Assembly: GCF_006345805.1 (NCBI RefSeq)
Contig: NC_043019.1
Coordinates: forward strand, 124,001 to 188,000
DNA from: Octopus sinensis
Taxonomy: Eukaryota
Length of the DNA: 64,000 nucleotides
Direction: 5' to 3'
Part shown: piece by piece, positions 37,158-49,639 of the stretch
Numbering within the stretch: position 1 is the first letter of the stretch
Layout of the letters: each line of letters starts with the position of its first letter
Translations under genes and position numbers: made by a program
The notes under the pieces: model-generated
The model's database searches: none
Seen by the model: only the letters and a program-made list of their open reading frames with translations
Told to the model about the DNA's origin: nothing

Positions 37158-37489
37158 GGTAAAGACCCCCTTCGGTCATGAATGACCATGGGATTGCACC
37201 TAGAAAGTTACCCTCCAAGACACAAGTCCGGGCAAGGTTGTTTTATGGAAGACCAGCAGTCGCCCATGCATACCAGCCTCCCCTCTCCACGCCACCAGTA
37301 TTATCCAAGGGAAAGACAAAGGTCGATACAGCTTGGCACCAGTGACGTCGCAACTCATTTCTACAGCTGAGTGAACTGGAGCAACGTGAAATAAAGTGCC
37401 TTGCTCAAGAACACAACACGCAGCCCGGTCCGGGATTCGAGCTCACAACCTCACGAACGTAAGCTCGACGCTCTAACCACTGAGCCATG
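37158..37489 (-). mobile_element. tRNA-derived SINE (third family); second copy at 40555-40890
   Basis: tRNA-like head at the right end (ggattcgagc...ctaaccactgagccat), conserved central block and LINE-like tail. Confidence 0.75.
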
Positions 37490-37491
37490 AT

Positions 37492-37830
37492 ATGCATATA
37501 TGAGTAGAGGACACCACAAATAAACGTAGAACACAACGAGAAACGAAAACATAAAAATCAAACGAGGAAACGGACTTTTTTGTTAACAACGAAAAAACAG
37601 AGTACAAGACAAACAATACAACGAATATTCCCCTTCATCTGCCCTTACCTTCGAAACACGCATTGAGTCGAAACAGGGGCAGCCGATGAAGGGGAATATT
37701 CCTTGTATTGTTTGTCTTGTACTCTGTTTTTTCGTTGTTAAAAAAAAGTCCGTTTCCTTGTTTGATATTATGTTTTCGTTTCTCGTTGTGTTCTACATTT
37801 ATTTGTGGTGTCCTCTACTCATATATGCAT
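37492..37830. repeat. Palindrome with ~147-bp arms (PLE pLTR-like)
   Basis: 37492-37638 is an inverted copy of 37686-37830 with a few mismatches. Confidence 0.85.
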
Positions 37831-38288
37831 GTATGTATACATATAGATGTAAGTATGTACATATATGTATGCATGTATACATATGTTTTATTTATTAAAT
37901 TGTTATTACATACATTCATACATACATTCATACATACATACATACATACATACATACATACATACATACATACATACATACATGCATACATACATACATA
38001 TATACGTACACACATTCATACATACATACATACATACATACATTCATACATACATACATACATAAATACATACATACATACACACACACATACATTCATA
38101 CATACATTCTTACATACATATATTCATACATACATACATACATACATACATACATTCATACATACATACATACACACACACATACATACATATATACACA
38201 CACATACATTCATACATACATACACACATACATACACACACACATACATACATACATACATACATACATACATGCATACATACATACA

Positions 38289-38322
<34 letters not shown>

Positions 38323-38334
38323 CATACAATAGCC

Positions 38335-38492
38335 GTAGGTGTGGGTGTGTGGTATGTAGCTTGCTTACGAACCTCATGGTTCCGGGCTCAGTTCCACTTC
38401 GTGGCACCTTGGGCAAGTGTCTTCTACTATAGCCTCGGGAAGACCAAAGCCTTGTGAGTGGATTGGTAGACGGAAACTGAAAGAAGATCGTC

Positions 38493-38559
<67 letters not shown>

Positions 38560-38760
38560 TGTATGTTTGTGTTTGCTCCCCCAACATCGCTTGACAACCG
38601 ATGCTGGTGTGTTTACGTCCCCGTAACATAGCGGTTCGGCAAAAGTAAGCGATAGACCAAGTACTAGGCTTACAAAGAATAAGTCCTCGGGTCGATTTGC
38701 TCGACTAAAGGCGGTGCTCCTGCATGACCACAGTCAAATGACTGAAACAAGTAAAAAAGT
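38335..38760 (+). mobile_element. Composite SINE preceded by a long (CATA)n tract (37905-38330)
   Basis: Same family as 302-735. Confidence 0.75.
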
Positions 38761-38775
38761 ATATATATATACAAC

Positions 38776-39732
38776 TCTTTCTATATAAACGGCAGTTTGT
38801 TTGTCTGTGTGTCTGTGTGTCTGTCAAGTTGTACCCTCACCCTGACCACGGCTTTCAACCGATTCTGATGAAACTTGACACACACATAGCCCAATGTCAT
38901 AATTCAAAACTAACGCAGCGAAAACTTTGAAAGTTCCACCAGTTCTGAAAAAAATCGATAAATATGACATGGGGTCGAGAATCAGAAACACAAACCACAG
39001 ACTGTCTAGGGGACGCAACTCGACCTTTTTAACTCTCAACTCCATCAATATCCAGCTACTTGAAGCTATTCCTGGTGATGTCCACGTCTACAAATCTATT
39101 GATAGGACAGCAGACCCCGCCGAGCTTGCCGATTATCCTGTTGAATTCCTGAAATCACTTGAACCACCAGGCCTGCCGCCACACATCCTGAAGTTAAAAA
39201 TCGGTGCGCCCATTATGCTCATCAGGAATTTGGTTCCACCTAAACAGTACAACGGCACACATCTGGTAGTGAAACATTTGCCACCACATTTAATAACGGC
39301 CACAATACTTACCGGTTGTGGGAAGGGATAGGACGGCTTCATTCCACGCATGCACCTTCAACCGTCGGGCGCTGACCTACCAATCCACTTCAGGCGTTCT
39401 CAGTTTCCTGTTAAACTCTGCTTCGCAATGTCCATCAATAAATCCCAAGGCCAAACGCTACAAGTCGCTGGGTTACAGTTGGGCGAACAGTGCTTCGCCC
39501 ACGGTCAACTCTACGTGGGCTGTTCACGCGTTGGGAGGCGCAATGATGTTTTCATTTTTTCGCCCAAAGGGACAGCTAGGAACATCGTATACACAGAAGT
39601 ATTCGAGTGAAGAGAAGACATTGCAACCTACACATGCGCCTTCCTTCCCTGGAGGGAAAGGACTAGATTGGGATTAGTCGTTGCCTACTAGGTGCTCTTA
39701 CATACCCGGGCAACGCCGGGCTATGCTGCTAA
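38776..39732 (+). mobile_element. Internally deleted Helitron retaining the helicase C-terminus
   Basis: 5' TC...tatataaa end; 3' hairpin cccgggcaacgccggg plus ctaa (CTAG variant); helicase ORFs inside. Confidence 0.85.
39040..39610 (+). pseudogene. PIF1-like helicase C-terminus of Helitron RepHel (frameshifted)
   Basis: YPVEFLKSLEPPGLPPHILKLKIGAPIMLIRNL; QFPVKLCFAMSINKSQGQTL; HGQLYVGCSRV. Confidence 0.9.
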
Positions 39733-39920
39733 TATATATATAAAATACGAAATGGGACAATTTTTTGGTGTCGTCTATCTGGATGTTTTGTTGCCCTTTT
39801 TGTATCACCTAGTTGCCCAGATGTTTTGCGTTCTTGTCCCATTTTGTATTATATATATATATATATTAAGTGTAGGAAGAAATGGAGCTGAACGAAGATT
39901 TAACAAAATTCCTTTATATT

Positions 39921-40006
39921 ATTTTCTACATATGTTTCGAAGTCTGCAAAGTCCCTAATTCGGATGGAATAAGGAGACCATTTTGCAGCTTTCTCTTCAG
40001 GAAAAT
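39921..40006 (-). ncRNA. Type I hammerhead in a PLE-type tail related to 14140-14527
   Basis: Minus strand: attttc-CTGAAGA-gaa..ctgcaaa...tttgcag..ttc-GAAA-catatg-TA-gaaaat. Confidence 0.8.
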
Positions 40007-41379
40007 CAGGAACTTAATTCTCCAACAAAATGCACAACAAGCTTTTCGACTGAAATAGTGGAGAAGATATGATATTGCTATGGGCTCGCTCTAGGCTCGC
40101 TCTAGGCAAGAAGTTGAACATTTAATTTTTTTGCCCATGAAACAACATGGACCCTGAGTAAGGCATGTGTAAAATTTGAATGAAATTGGTTCTGTAATTC
40201 TCAGGTTTTAGGGAAAAACCCAGACAGACACACATTCTCAGTTTTATATATACATATATATATATATAGACGGACGAAATGCCGCTAAGCGCTTTGCCCT
40301 GCGTAGTAACGATTCTACCATGTCACCACCTTAAATCAATTGTATGTGACCTTCCGTCTACTCGCTTTGAGTTCAAATTCTGCCGAGGTCGACTTTGCTT
40401 TCGTCCTTTCGGGCGGTCAATAATATAAGTATCATTAGTGCACTGTAGTCGACTTCATCTACCAACCCACCCACTGAAATTGCTGGCCTAGTGCCAATAA
40501 TTGAAATCAGAATTATATGTAGCCTTACGTTAAGGCTTACTTTGTAAGATGCAAGAGAAGAAGACACCTTTCTGTCATGAAGGGCCATAGCATTGCACCT
40601 AGAAAGTTCCCCTCCTAGGTACAAGTCCAGGTAAGGTTGTTTATGGAAGACCACCAGTCACCCATGCATACCTGTCTCCCCTCTCCACGCCACCAATGTT
40701 ATCCAAGAGAAACGGACTAGCCAATACAGCTTGGCACTAGTGACATCGCAACTCATTTCTACAGCTGAGTGAACTGGAGAAACGTAAAATAAAGTGAATT
40801 GCACAAGAACACAACACTCAGCCCGGTGCGGGAATCGAAATCACGACCTCATGATTATAAGTCCGACGCGCTAACCACTAACCCGTGCGGGTTCATAAAC
40901 CTCAGTAATATAGACTATATCTATACTCTTTACTCTTTTACTTGTTTCAGTCATTTGACTGCGGCCATGCTGGAGCACCGCCTTTAGTCGAGCAAATCAG
41001 TATTACGTGTTAAAAGTGAAACAAAAATATTTCTCTATTTTATGTCAGATGCTTTCACTTTAACAATAAAAATAATAATAACAATTGAATTATATGTAGT
41101 AAGTAATAATTAAAATCAAACTAAATTATAATATAATCGTAACATAACAAAAGTAAAAATAGCAATTGGTATAAAATTGCATCAATGATTTTGAACTTGA
41201 ATAAGTGGTTTCACATGAATGGGAATAAATTAAAAATAAAATTAGCGTGCAGAAATGGAATAGTCCAGATGTAGGTGTGCAATACCCTTTACCACGGTTT
41301 TTACATTAGATTATCTGCTAATTAGCTAGCATTAAGTATCTATATGAAGTTTGGCTGTATGTAATGTCTGTTTTCTCGA

Positions 41380-42130
41380 ACAGCGCTTCTACTGAGTACT
41401 GTTATTATTACTGTTTAACTGTTGTTATCACGTTTGTTGGTTCCTCGTTAGGGAAACGTTGTTGTGTTGCATTTGTTAAATAATTGTAAACTGTAACCCT
41501 CCCCTTTGGGAGAAAGGGCTTTGGTTATTGTTTAAAAATTGAATTGTGTCTCTGTTTGGGGAAATTGACAATATTTTCACCGTTTACACGGAAGCATTTT
41601 TGTTAAAATGTTTTCGATAGAAGAAAGCCCAAAAATGAAATTCGCTGCAGCCGTCGGCAGGCGCGAACTCATTGAAATTAAAATGGAAGAAATACGGATT
41701 GATCACCGACAAAGACAGTGAATCTAGGATAACTCCACCGAACGAAATAAAAAATTAAATTAAAGAAAAGACTATTGTCTATAAAGAATACAATGTAAAG
41801 AAAAAAAAATTTGAACACCTGGAGGAAAGCACCATCGAAAAGTGTCTTGGTGCGACTATGAAAGATATCTAACCAGAGGCGGTAAATTCGCCACAATAGA
41901 AGCAAGGTTCGAGTCAACGGAGCGTGCAAGGGAGTACTCTACTTGAACCTTGCAAGGTGGAAATATTTTATTTCTACCTTTATATCTGGGACATAGGACG
42001 TCCCGGATAAAAATTAAATCTCCTCCCAGAAGTAGAGGTAGGCTGGATTGTAGCCATACTTCTAAACAAGAGGGAGGACAAGATACAATTGATCGAAATT
42101 GCAAGAGACGGGCCTACAATTCCATTCTGT
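41380..42130 (+). mobile_element. Decayed 5'UTR plus ORF1 fragment of a related Tx1-clade LINE
   Basis: Fragments KTIVYKEY, IEKCL, ATIEARFES and LFLPLYLG align to ORF1 at 57060-57330. Confidence 0.65.
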
Positions 42131-42262
42131 TATATATTTTGTGTATTGTTATCACTAGCGATAGCAAGATATAACTTTGCATTTTGTATTTTGTGTGTAG
42201 ATGTATATATATAGATGTACATGTAATATGTACACATATATATACACATATATACATGCACT

Positions 42263-42303
42263 AGCACTATGACCCGGCAACGACGGGTCATAATGCTAGT
42301 ATA
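42263..42303 (+). mobile_element. Helitron-like 3' terminus
   Basis: atgacccg..cgggtcat hairpin followed by CTAGT. Confidence 0.5.
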
Positions 42304-42709
42304 GTATAAAGATGTGGAGAGAGAAATGTTTATGAGACTGTTATTGGCAGCAACGAAGAATTGTGTCTTTTCAGGTATACAGAAAGACTGGTAGACAGTG
42401 GTTGATATTTTCTGAAAATATCTAGTTTTGGCTGAGAGCCACTTAGATACGATATCCAATATTTACAACGGAGAGGAAAAAGTGGAAGGAGTATTTCCCA
42501 CGTATCCTTTGAATTATTATTATTGTAAAATGGTAAAATAAAATCAAATCCAACTCGGAACGTAAAGTTCTGAAAGCGTGGTTGAGCCACCAATGCATGG
42601 CCAGGATGAAGTGGCCCTTTTCTGTTGATATCCAAGATGAGCGGCCTAATGCCGTTATGTGGAAAGATTCGTTCAAATGTTCTAGTATCTTCGAATTATC
42701 ACAGAAAAT

Positions 42710-42794
42710 CCATGCTGATGAAGAATATGGTTAGTAAAGTATATTTTTTAATATTCTTTATGAAAAAACCTAATTCAGAAACGCGCGTCCATGG
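42710..42794 (+). ncRNA. Type I hammerhead (GUC site, branched stem II loop)
   Basis: ccatg-CTGATGA-a gaat...attc a-GAAA-cgcgcg-TC-catgg. Confidence 0.7.
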
Positions 42795-43106
42795 GCGATC
42801 AGATATTGATTGATTTTCGTTACTTTACTCTCTGCCTGTGTAAATAACCTTCAAGTATTTTGGTTTCTCTGGAAGACCCTTTTTAAAGTAGAAGAAATGG
42901 CTAAGATTTTTGGCTGCTATTTCTGAACTTCGGTGTGTGGTGAGGCAATTCTTTGCTGAACCCTTTTTATTAGTATATATACATATATATATATTTATAT
43001 ATATGATTCTCTAACATATCTTCGAGACTTTCTCATCTCTTATGATAAAAGGCAGATTTTCTCTGCCTGTGACTATGTTTCTTTTTAATACAATTGTACA
43101 ATATAG

Positions 43107-43775
43107 AATTTCTTCAATTCGAATTTACCTATGATTTTTCGAAGTAGATTCGATTGGGTCATGGCATTTAAATTTTTTTCAATTTGACCCCCAATTAAGC
43201 AAAAATTCGAGAAAACTAAATATTTTACAATTTGCCTCTCTCATATCAACTGCTTCACTCCTTCTATTACCACACTTTCTCCTACTTTCTCTTTGCAAGT
43301 GTACCTTAAACAACTACTCAAAAAAAAAAAAAACACAGGAAACAGACACAAATAAATACACAACGATTTACTCCTCACACAATTTCTTCAATTGGAATTT
43401 ACCAATGATTTTTCGAAGAACATTCCATTGGGTCATGGCATATAAATTTCCTTCAATTTGACCCCCAATTAAGCAAAAATTCGAGAAAACTAAATATTTT
43501 ACAATTTGCCTCTCTCATATCAACTGCTTCACTCCTTCTATTACCACACTTTCTCCTACTTTCTCTTTGCAAGTGTACCTTAAACAACTACTCAAAAAAA
43601 AAAAAAACACAGGAAACAGACACAAATAAATACACAACGATTTACTCCTCACACAATTTCTTCAATTGGAATTTACCAATGATTTTTCGAAGAACATTCC
43701 ATTGGGTCATGGCATATAAATTTCCTTCAATTTGACCCCCAATTAAGCAAAAATTCGAGAAAACTCAATATTTTA
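43107..43775. repeat. Tandem repeat, 274-bp period, ~2.4 copies
   Basis: Units start at 43107, 43381 and 43655. Confidence 0.9.
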
Positions 43776-44051
43776 CGATTTGTTTTTAATTTACTTTCTG
43801 TCGCTAAGTTTTCGTAGTATTGATTTGCGAGCGTACTTCAGTTGTCAATTGTTGAAATAAAAAAATTTTAAGCTAAGAAGGTGTGTGTGTGTGCGTGCGT
43901 GTGTGAGTGTGTGTGTGTGTGTGTTGGGGGGGAAGTGAAGGATAAAAACATGGCAAGAAGTGGACAGATGTACACATATACATACATACATCCAGACATA
44001 CATACATGTGTGTGTGTGTGTGTATGTATGTGTATTAATGTGTGTGTGTTA

Positions 44052-44442
44052 TCTCTCTCTATATAAAGCTGAAGTTGTTTGTGTGCGCCAGGTTTGGTAG
44101 CCTTCAACTAACACTATCTCCTCCGAGACCCTACGGTGCAAGTTGACCAAAATTGAGAGTATGATAGAAGAAGGCTTGCTCTTCCTTCCGTACGAGATAA
44201 AATTCAAATCAGACCATGTTAACACCAAAAATTATTTACATCAAAAAGGTGCTTTTTTCTATGAAAATCCATATTTTTTACGATTTTTTCACTGCTGTAT
44301 CGCCACTTTTCGGTGTATTTCAACCAGAAAAATGATCTCTTGAAGAGAATAACAAGCTGCATAATGCAAAATTTTTACTTTCCAAAAATTCCAATTCCAG
44401 CGGGTCGAAACAAACCCGAGCAATTCCGGGCGATACTGCTAG
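44052..44442 (+). mobile_element. Non-autonomous Helitron
   Basis: TC...tatataaag 5' end; cccgagcaattccggg hairpin plus CTAG 3' end. Confidence 0.7.
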
Positions 44443-44859
44443 TTATATGATAGTGATTAACCAGTGAAATTTGGGGATTATTTTATCCCTAATGAGGACC
44501 TGATCTAGAATTGAATACGTGTGTGTGTGTGTGTGTGTATATCTATGTATATATGTATGTATGATTCTACATATATGTGTGTTTGTGTGAATGTGTGTAT
44601 ATGTATGTATTTATATTAATACATGCACTCGCGTGTATGTGTGTGTGTGCGTATGTATTTATAGTAATATATGCACGCGCTCGTCTATTTGTGTATGTAC
44701 TTTTATTGATACACGCGCGCGCATGTATGTATGGGTGTGTACGTGTGTATGTGTATGTATTTATATTAATACATACACTTGCGCATGTATATGTGTATAT
44801 GTTTATATTCATGTATTTATATTAATATATATGCACTGCGTGTGTACGTGTGTGTGTTT

Positions 44860-45105
44860 GTGTGTTTGTATGTTTTCTTTGTCTTCCTCCACCGTTTAAT
44901 AACCGGTGTTGGTGTGTTTACACACACACACACACACAAACACACACAGGTGCACCGCATTTAATCGAGCAACTCGTCCCTGGGACTTATTCTTTGTAAG
45001 CCCAGTACTTATTCTATCGGTCTCTTTTGCCGAACCGCTAAGTTACGGGGACATAAACACACCAGCATCGGTTGTCAAGCAATGCTAGGGGGACAAACAC
45101 ACACA

Positions 45106-45149
<44 letters not shown>

Positions 45150-45302
45150 TACGACGGGCTTCTTTCAGTTTTCGTCTACCAAATCCACTCACAAGCCTTT
45201 GGTCGGCTCGAGGCTATAGTAGAAGACACCTGCCCAAGGTGCCACGCAGTGGAACTGAACCCGGAACCATGTGGTTGGTAAACAAGCTACTTACCACACA
45301 GC
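44860..45302 (-). mobile_element. Composite SINE
   Basis: Reverse complement of the 302-735 family. Confidence 0.75.
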
Positions 45303-46074
45303 AAGTCTTCAAAAAAAAAAAAAAGAAAACCAAAAAAAAGAAAGAAAGAAGATTTAAAAAATAAGAAATAAAAAAATGAGTACTGGGGTGAATTCTTTCT
45401 GATAAAATTCTTCGTGGAGGTGCCCCAGCATGGCCGCAGCCTCATAACTAAAGTAAAGATTGAAGATCACTAACCGTTAAGTCAAGTCCTTGTACCATTG
45501 AATTACGCGGTTGTGTGTGTGAAGATCCGATGTTTTGTATGCACACGTGTCGGGCGTGTTCTGTCTCAAATAGACATTACAAACGATCGAATAACATAAT
45601 GCAAAGATTTGATTGGTCAAGCAAAAAGCATTACACAGAATAAGCAATAGAGTTAATGTATAGTGAGAGGGACAGAGAGAGAACAAAGGAAGAGACTTAA
45701 TCCGTTTGTCTGTCCTTGTTTGTCCTCTCTGTGTTTAGCCCCTTGTGGGTAGTAAAGAAATAGGCATTTAGTCAGGTGGTTGACTTGGCCTTTCATTCTT
45801 TCGGGGTAGATGAAATAAGTACCAGAGGAGCATTGGGGTCGATATAATTGACTTGCTCCCCTACTCCTAAATTTCAGGCCTTTTGCTTTTAGTAGAAAGG
45901 ATTATTTAAACTCTTTGATTTAGCTCCATGCAAAAACTTTCTCACTCAGGCTCAAATTACCGATTCGGAAACCCGAGTCTGAAAAAGCAGGATTTCTATT
46001 AAAATCTTGCGAAACTTGAAGTCTGATGAAGCCGAATCAAATTGGTTTAAATTACACACACGCACACACACGCT

Positions 46075-46118
<44 letters not shown>

Positions 46119-46124
46119 CATAAT

Positions 46125-47994
46125 CTTCATGGTGGAGGCGATGAGGCGATGATCTGTCCAGCACTCATCTGCTCCAGTGGCAGCTCTGGTGAGCAACACA
46201 TCTTGCTGGTCTCGGGATCTCACGATGATATAGTCGATGAGATGCCATTTTTTAGATCTTGGATGCTGCCATTAAACCTTATATCGATTCTTCTGGCAAA
46301 AAAGGGTGTTGGTTATCACCAGGTTATGTTCAGCACATTTGGTGAGTAGCAGAGTTCCATTGGCATTGACTTTTCCCATTCCTTCCTTTCCGATGGTTCC
46401 TGTCCAGAGTTCACGATCTCTCCCAACTCTGGCGTTGAAATCTCCCAGGAGAATGATCTTGTCGTCCTTTGGGACGGTAGAGAGAATGCTATCAAGCTGG
46501 CTGTAAAACTCCTCCTTGACTAAATCCTCCGCGTCAAGGGTGGGAGCATACGCGCTGATGATAGTTGCGTGCTGACTTTTGGCAAGCTGGGTCGGAGTGT
46601 CATGAGTCGTGCGGACATTCCGATGGCTGCTCTGTCAGTTTGGATAGGATGGTGTTTCGTATTGCAAAACCCACACCATGGATCCGTTGATAGTCGGGAT
46701 CGTAACCTTTCCAGAAAAAGGTGTATTGACCGCCTTCTTCTCTCAGCCGGCCTTCTCCGGCTCTCCGGGTTTCACTGAGAGCTACGATGTCAAAATTGAA
46801 TCGATGGAGTCCCCGGGCGATGATTGCAGTTCGCCTTTCGGGTCTGTCTGAGTTGGTGTTATCTATGAGAGTCCTGACATTTCAGGTCCCGAATTTCAGC
46901 GTTGCGTATCTTGATCTTGATTATCGACCGCATGATGGAGATCCCTCTGGACGCGGTTTTCCAGACAGGATTGGGGTGAAGCAGACAATGTTTAGGGCAC
47001 CTTTTCTAGCCCCTTCCCAATTCAGGGTGAGCAGAGTGGATCCTAAACAGGTCTGCTCAGTCGTGGATACTGCTGCCGAACATTTTCCTTGCTTCTTCCG
47101 AAAGATAGAGCGACTGAATCATGTAACCACCGCATCCGTGCTGGTTCTGCCCTTGGAGCCACCAGCCTTCACGAGCCTGCTCCCGTCATCCATCGCCGAT
47201 TTCTGCTACCTTGGGAGCCATCTGTCAGCAAAGGTAGACCTCAGCAACGAAATCCAACACCGTCTGATGTGTGCAGGAACAGCTTTCGGCAAGCTTCGAA
47301 GAAGAGTTTTTGCTGATCAGGACATACGAACCGAAACCAAACTCATGGTGTACAGGGCAGTCATTATTCCAACCCTCCTTTACGCATCCGAAACCTGGAC
47401 CCCGTATAGTCACCACATGAAAACGCTCGAGAAATTTCACCTACGCTGTCTTCGGAAGATCCTTAACATCAGCTGGGAAGACAGAAGAACAAACGTCAGC
47501 GTGCTACAAGAAGCAAACATGACCAGCATCGAAGCCTATGTCATCAAAGGCCAACTAAGATGGAGCGGCCACGTGGTTAAAATGACTGACGAACGACTTC
47601 CCAAACAGATCTTCTACTCCAAACTCAAAGACGGCGAGCGTACAAAAGGAGGCCAGAAGAAATGCTACAAGGACTCCCTGAAAACGAACCTCAAAAAGTG
47701 TGACATCGACTTCACTAACTGGGAGGAAACGGCAAAAAACAGACCACTCTGGAAAACCACCATCCATGAGGGAACGGCGACTTTCGAGTCGAAAAGGCCT
47801 GCAGAGCTGGAGGAGAAAAGACGACGACGGAAGGAGCGCCAACAACAACCACGTGCGACTCTCCCTTCCGGCACTAGTTGTCCGCACTGCGATCGATCTT
47901 TTCAAGCAAGAATTGGTCTTATCGGTCACCTACGGACTCACCAGTAAATTTGCGCGAAGACGATCATCCTCGACCTTGAGGGATTGCCTTCATC
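46125..47994. mobile_element. RTE/BovB-like LINE with inverted 5' segment (5'UTR plus endonuclease on -, C-terminus on +)
   Basis: - strand: GTWNV, ALSET, LGDFNARVG, IDYIIVR, TDHRL. + strand: F.YLGS...LLYASETW...LRWSGHV...CPHCDRSF...HLRTH. 10-bp TSD atatacataa. Confidence 0.85.
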
Positions 47995-48019
47995 ATATAC
48001 ATAAATATATATAAATATG

Positions 48020-48480
48020 CGTAGCTGTGTGGTAAAAAGTTTGATTCCCAGTCACATGGTTTTGGGTTCAGTTCTACTGCGTGACACCTTGGACTTTAAT
48101 ACCTTGGCAAGTGTCTTCTGCTATAACCGGGAGCCGACCAAAGCTTTGTGAGGGGATTTAGTGGACAGAAAGTGAGAAAAAGCCCATCACACACACACAC
48201 ACACACACACCACACACACACACACACATATATACACACACATACACACACTCATCTATATATATATAGAGAGAGATGTGTGTCTTTGTGTCTGTTTGTC
48301 TCCTGACACACTGCTTGACATCCGGTGTTGGTCTGTTTACATCTCTTTAAGTTAGCGATTCGGCAAAAAAAAAAAATCGAAAGAAAATGTACCAGCTCAA
48401 TAAATAAATTAATAAAACAAAATATAAAAGTCCGGATGTCTATTCATTCGCTTAAAGATTCTTCATGGGCTCGTCCCAGC
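48020..48480 (+). mobile_element. Older composite SINE copy
   Basis: Diverged member of the 302-735 family. Confidence 0.65.
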
Positions 48481-48959
48481 ATGGGATCCTTTTACCATCT
48501 TTAGGAACTGTGCTATCAGTTTAATAACATGCAGCTGTTTTACTGAAGGAAGAGAGAAAGGTTTGGGGGTAATTAAAAACAAGATTAAACACTTTCGACA
48601 AGAATGAAATTATTCATGTCAAGGTAACAGTCATTCGATTTAAATTCACAAAAGCACTACATATTTCAGCTAACTTCAATGCAGAAGATTCTTAATACTT
48701 ACGAACTAAGGATAGATTATTGATTTACACGAGTACAATGCTAGCCGTATAACTTGTTGACAAAAATCAATAATATATTCTATATTGTTATATAACGTGT
48801 CGCTCAAGTCCTGGTTTAGTTTCACAACTTTTTTTAAGACAGCAACACAATACCGTTGTAGATTTTAAATGCATAAAACCCGGAATAGTTCATACATACA
48901 TACATACATACATACATACATACATACATACATACATACATACATACATACATACGTAT

Positions 48960-49380
48960 ATATACTCTCTTTTATTCTTTTACTCTTTTACTTGTTTCAG
49001 TCATTTGATTGCGGCCATGCTGGAGCACCGCCGTTAGTCGACCAAATCGATTCCCGGGACTTATTCCTTGTAAGCCCAGTAATTATTCTATCGGTCTCTT
49101 TTTGCCGAACCGCTAAGTGACGGGGACGTAAACACACCAGCATTGGTTGTCAAGCAATGCTAAGGGGACAAACACAGACACACAAACATATACACACACA
49201 CCTATATATATATATACATATATACGACAGGCTTCTTTCAGTTTCCGTCTACCAAATCCACTCACAAGGCATTGGTTGGCCCGGGGCTATAGCAGAAGAC
49301 ACTTGCCCAAGATGCCACGCAGTGGGACTGAACCCGGAAACATGTGGTTGGTAAGCAAGCTACTTACCACACAGCCACTC
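48960..49380 (-). mobile_element. Composite SINE
   Basis: Same family. Confidence 0.8.
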
Positions 49381-49639
49381 CTATACATATATTTAAATAA
49401 TGAGGGAGATAAATTGAATATTAATTTAATTAATATCAATTTAAAACCAGTATCCTAGCATACAAAAATTTGAAAAAAACAGAGAAAATTCTAATACATG
49501 TGTATATTATATCTTCTTATATAACGTGTCGCTCAAGACCTGGTTTAGTTTCACAACTTTTTTAAGTCAGCAACACAATACCGTTGTAGATTTTAAATGC
49601 ATAAAGCACGGAATAGTTCATACGTATATTATCTAAGGC

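Noticed and set aside
46021-46055. CTGATGA plus a hairpin
   Set aside because: GAAA is replaced by TAAA and the 3' part is truncated by (CA)n, so it is at most a relic.
46787-47947. 386-aa ORF as a real protein
   Set aside because: It is a chimera: the first ~135 aa are the antisense of the inverted RTE 5'UTR/endonuclease, and only the rest is true RTE C-terminus.
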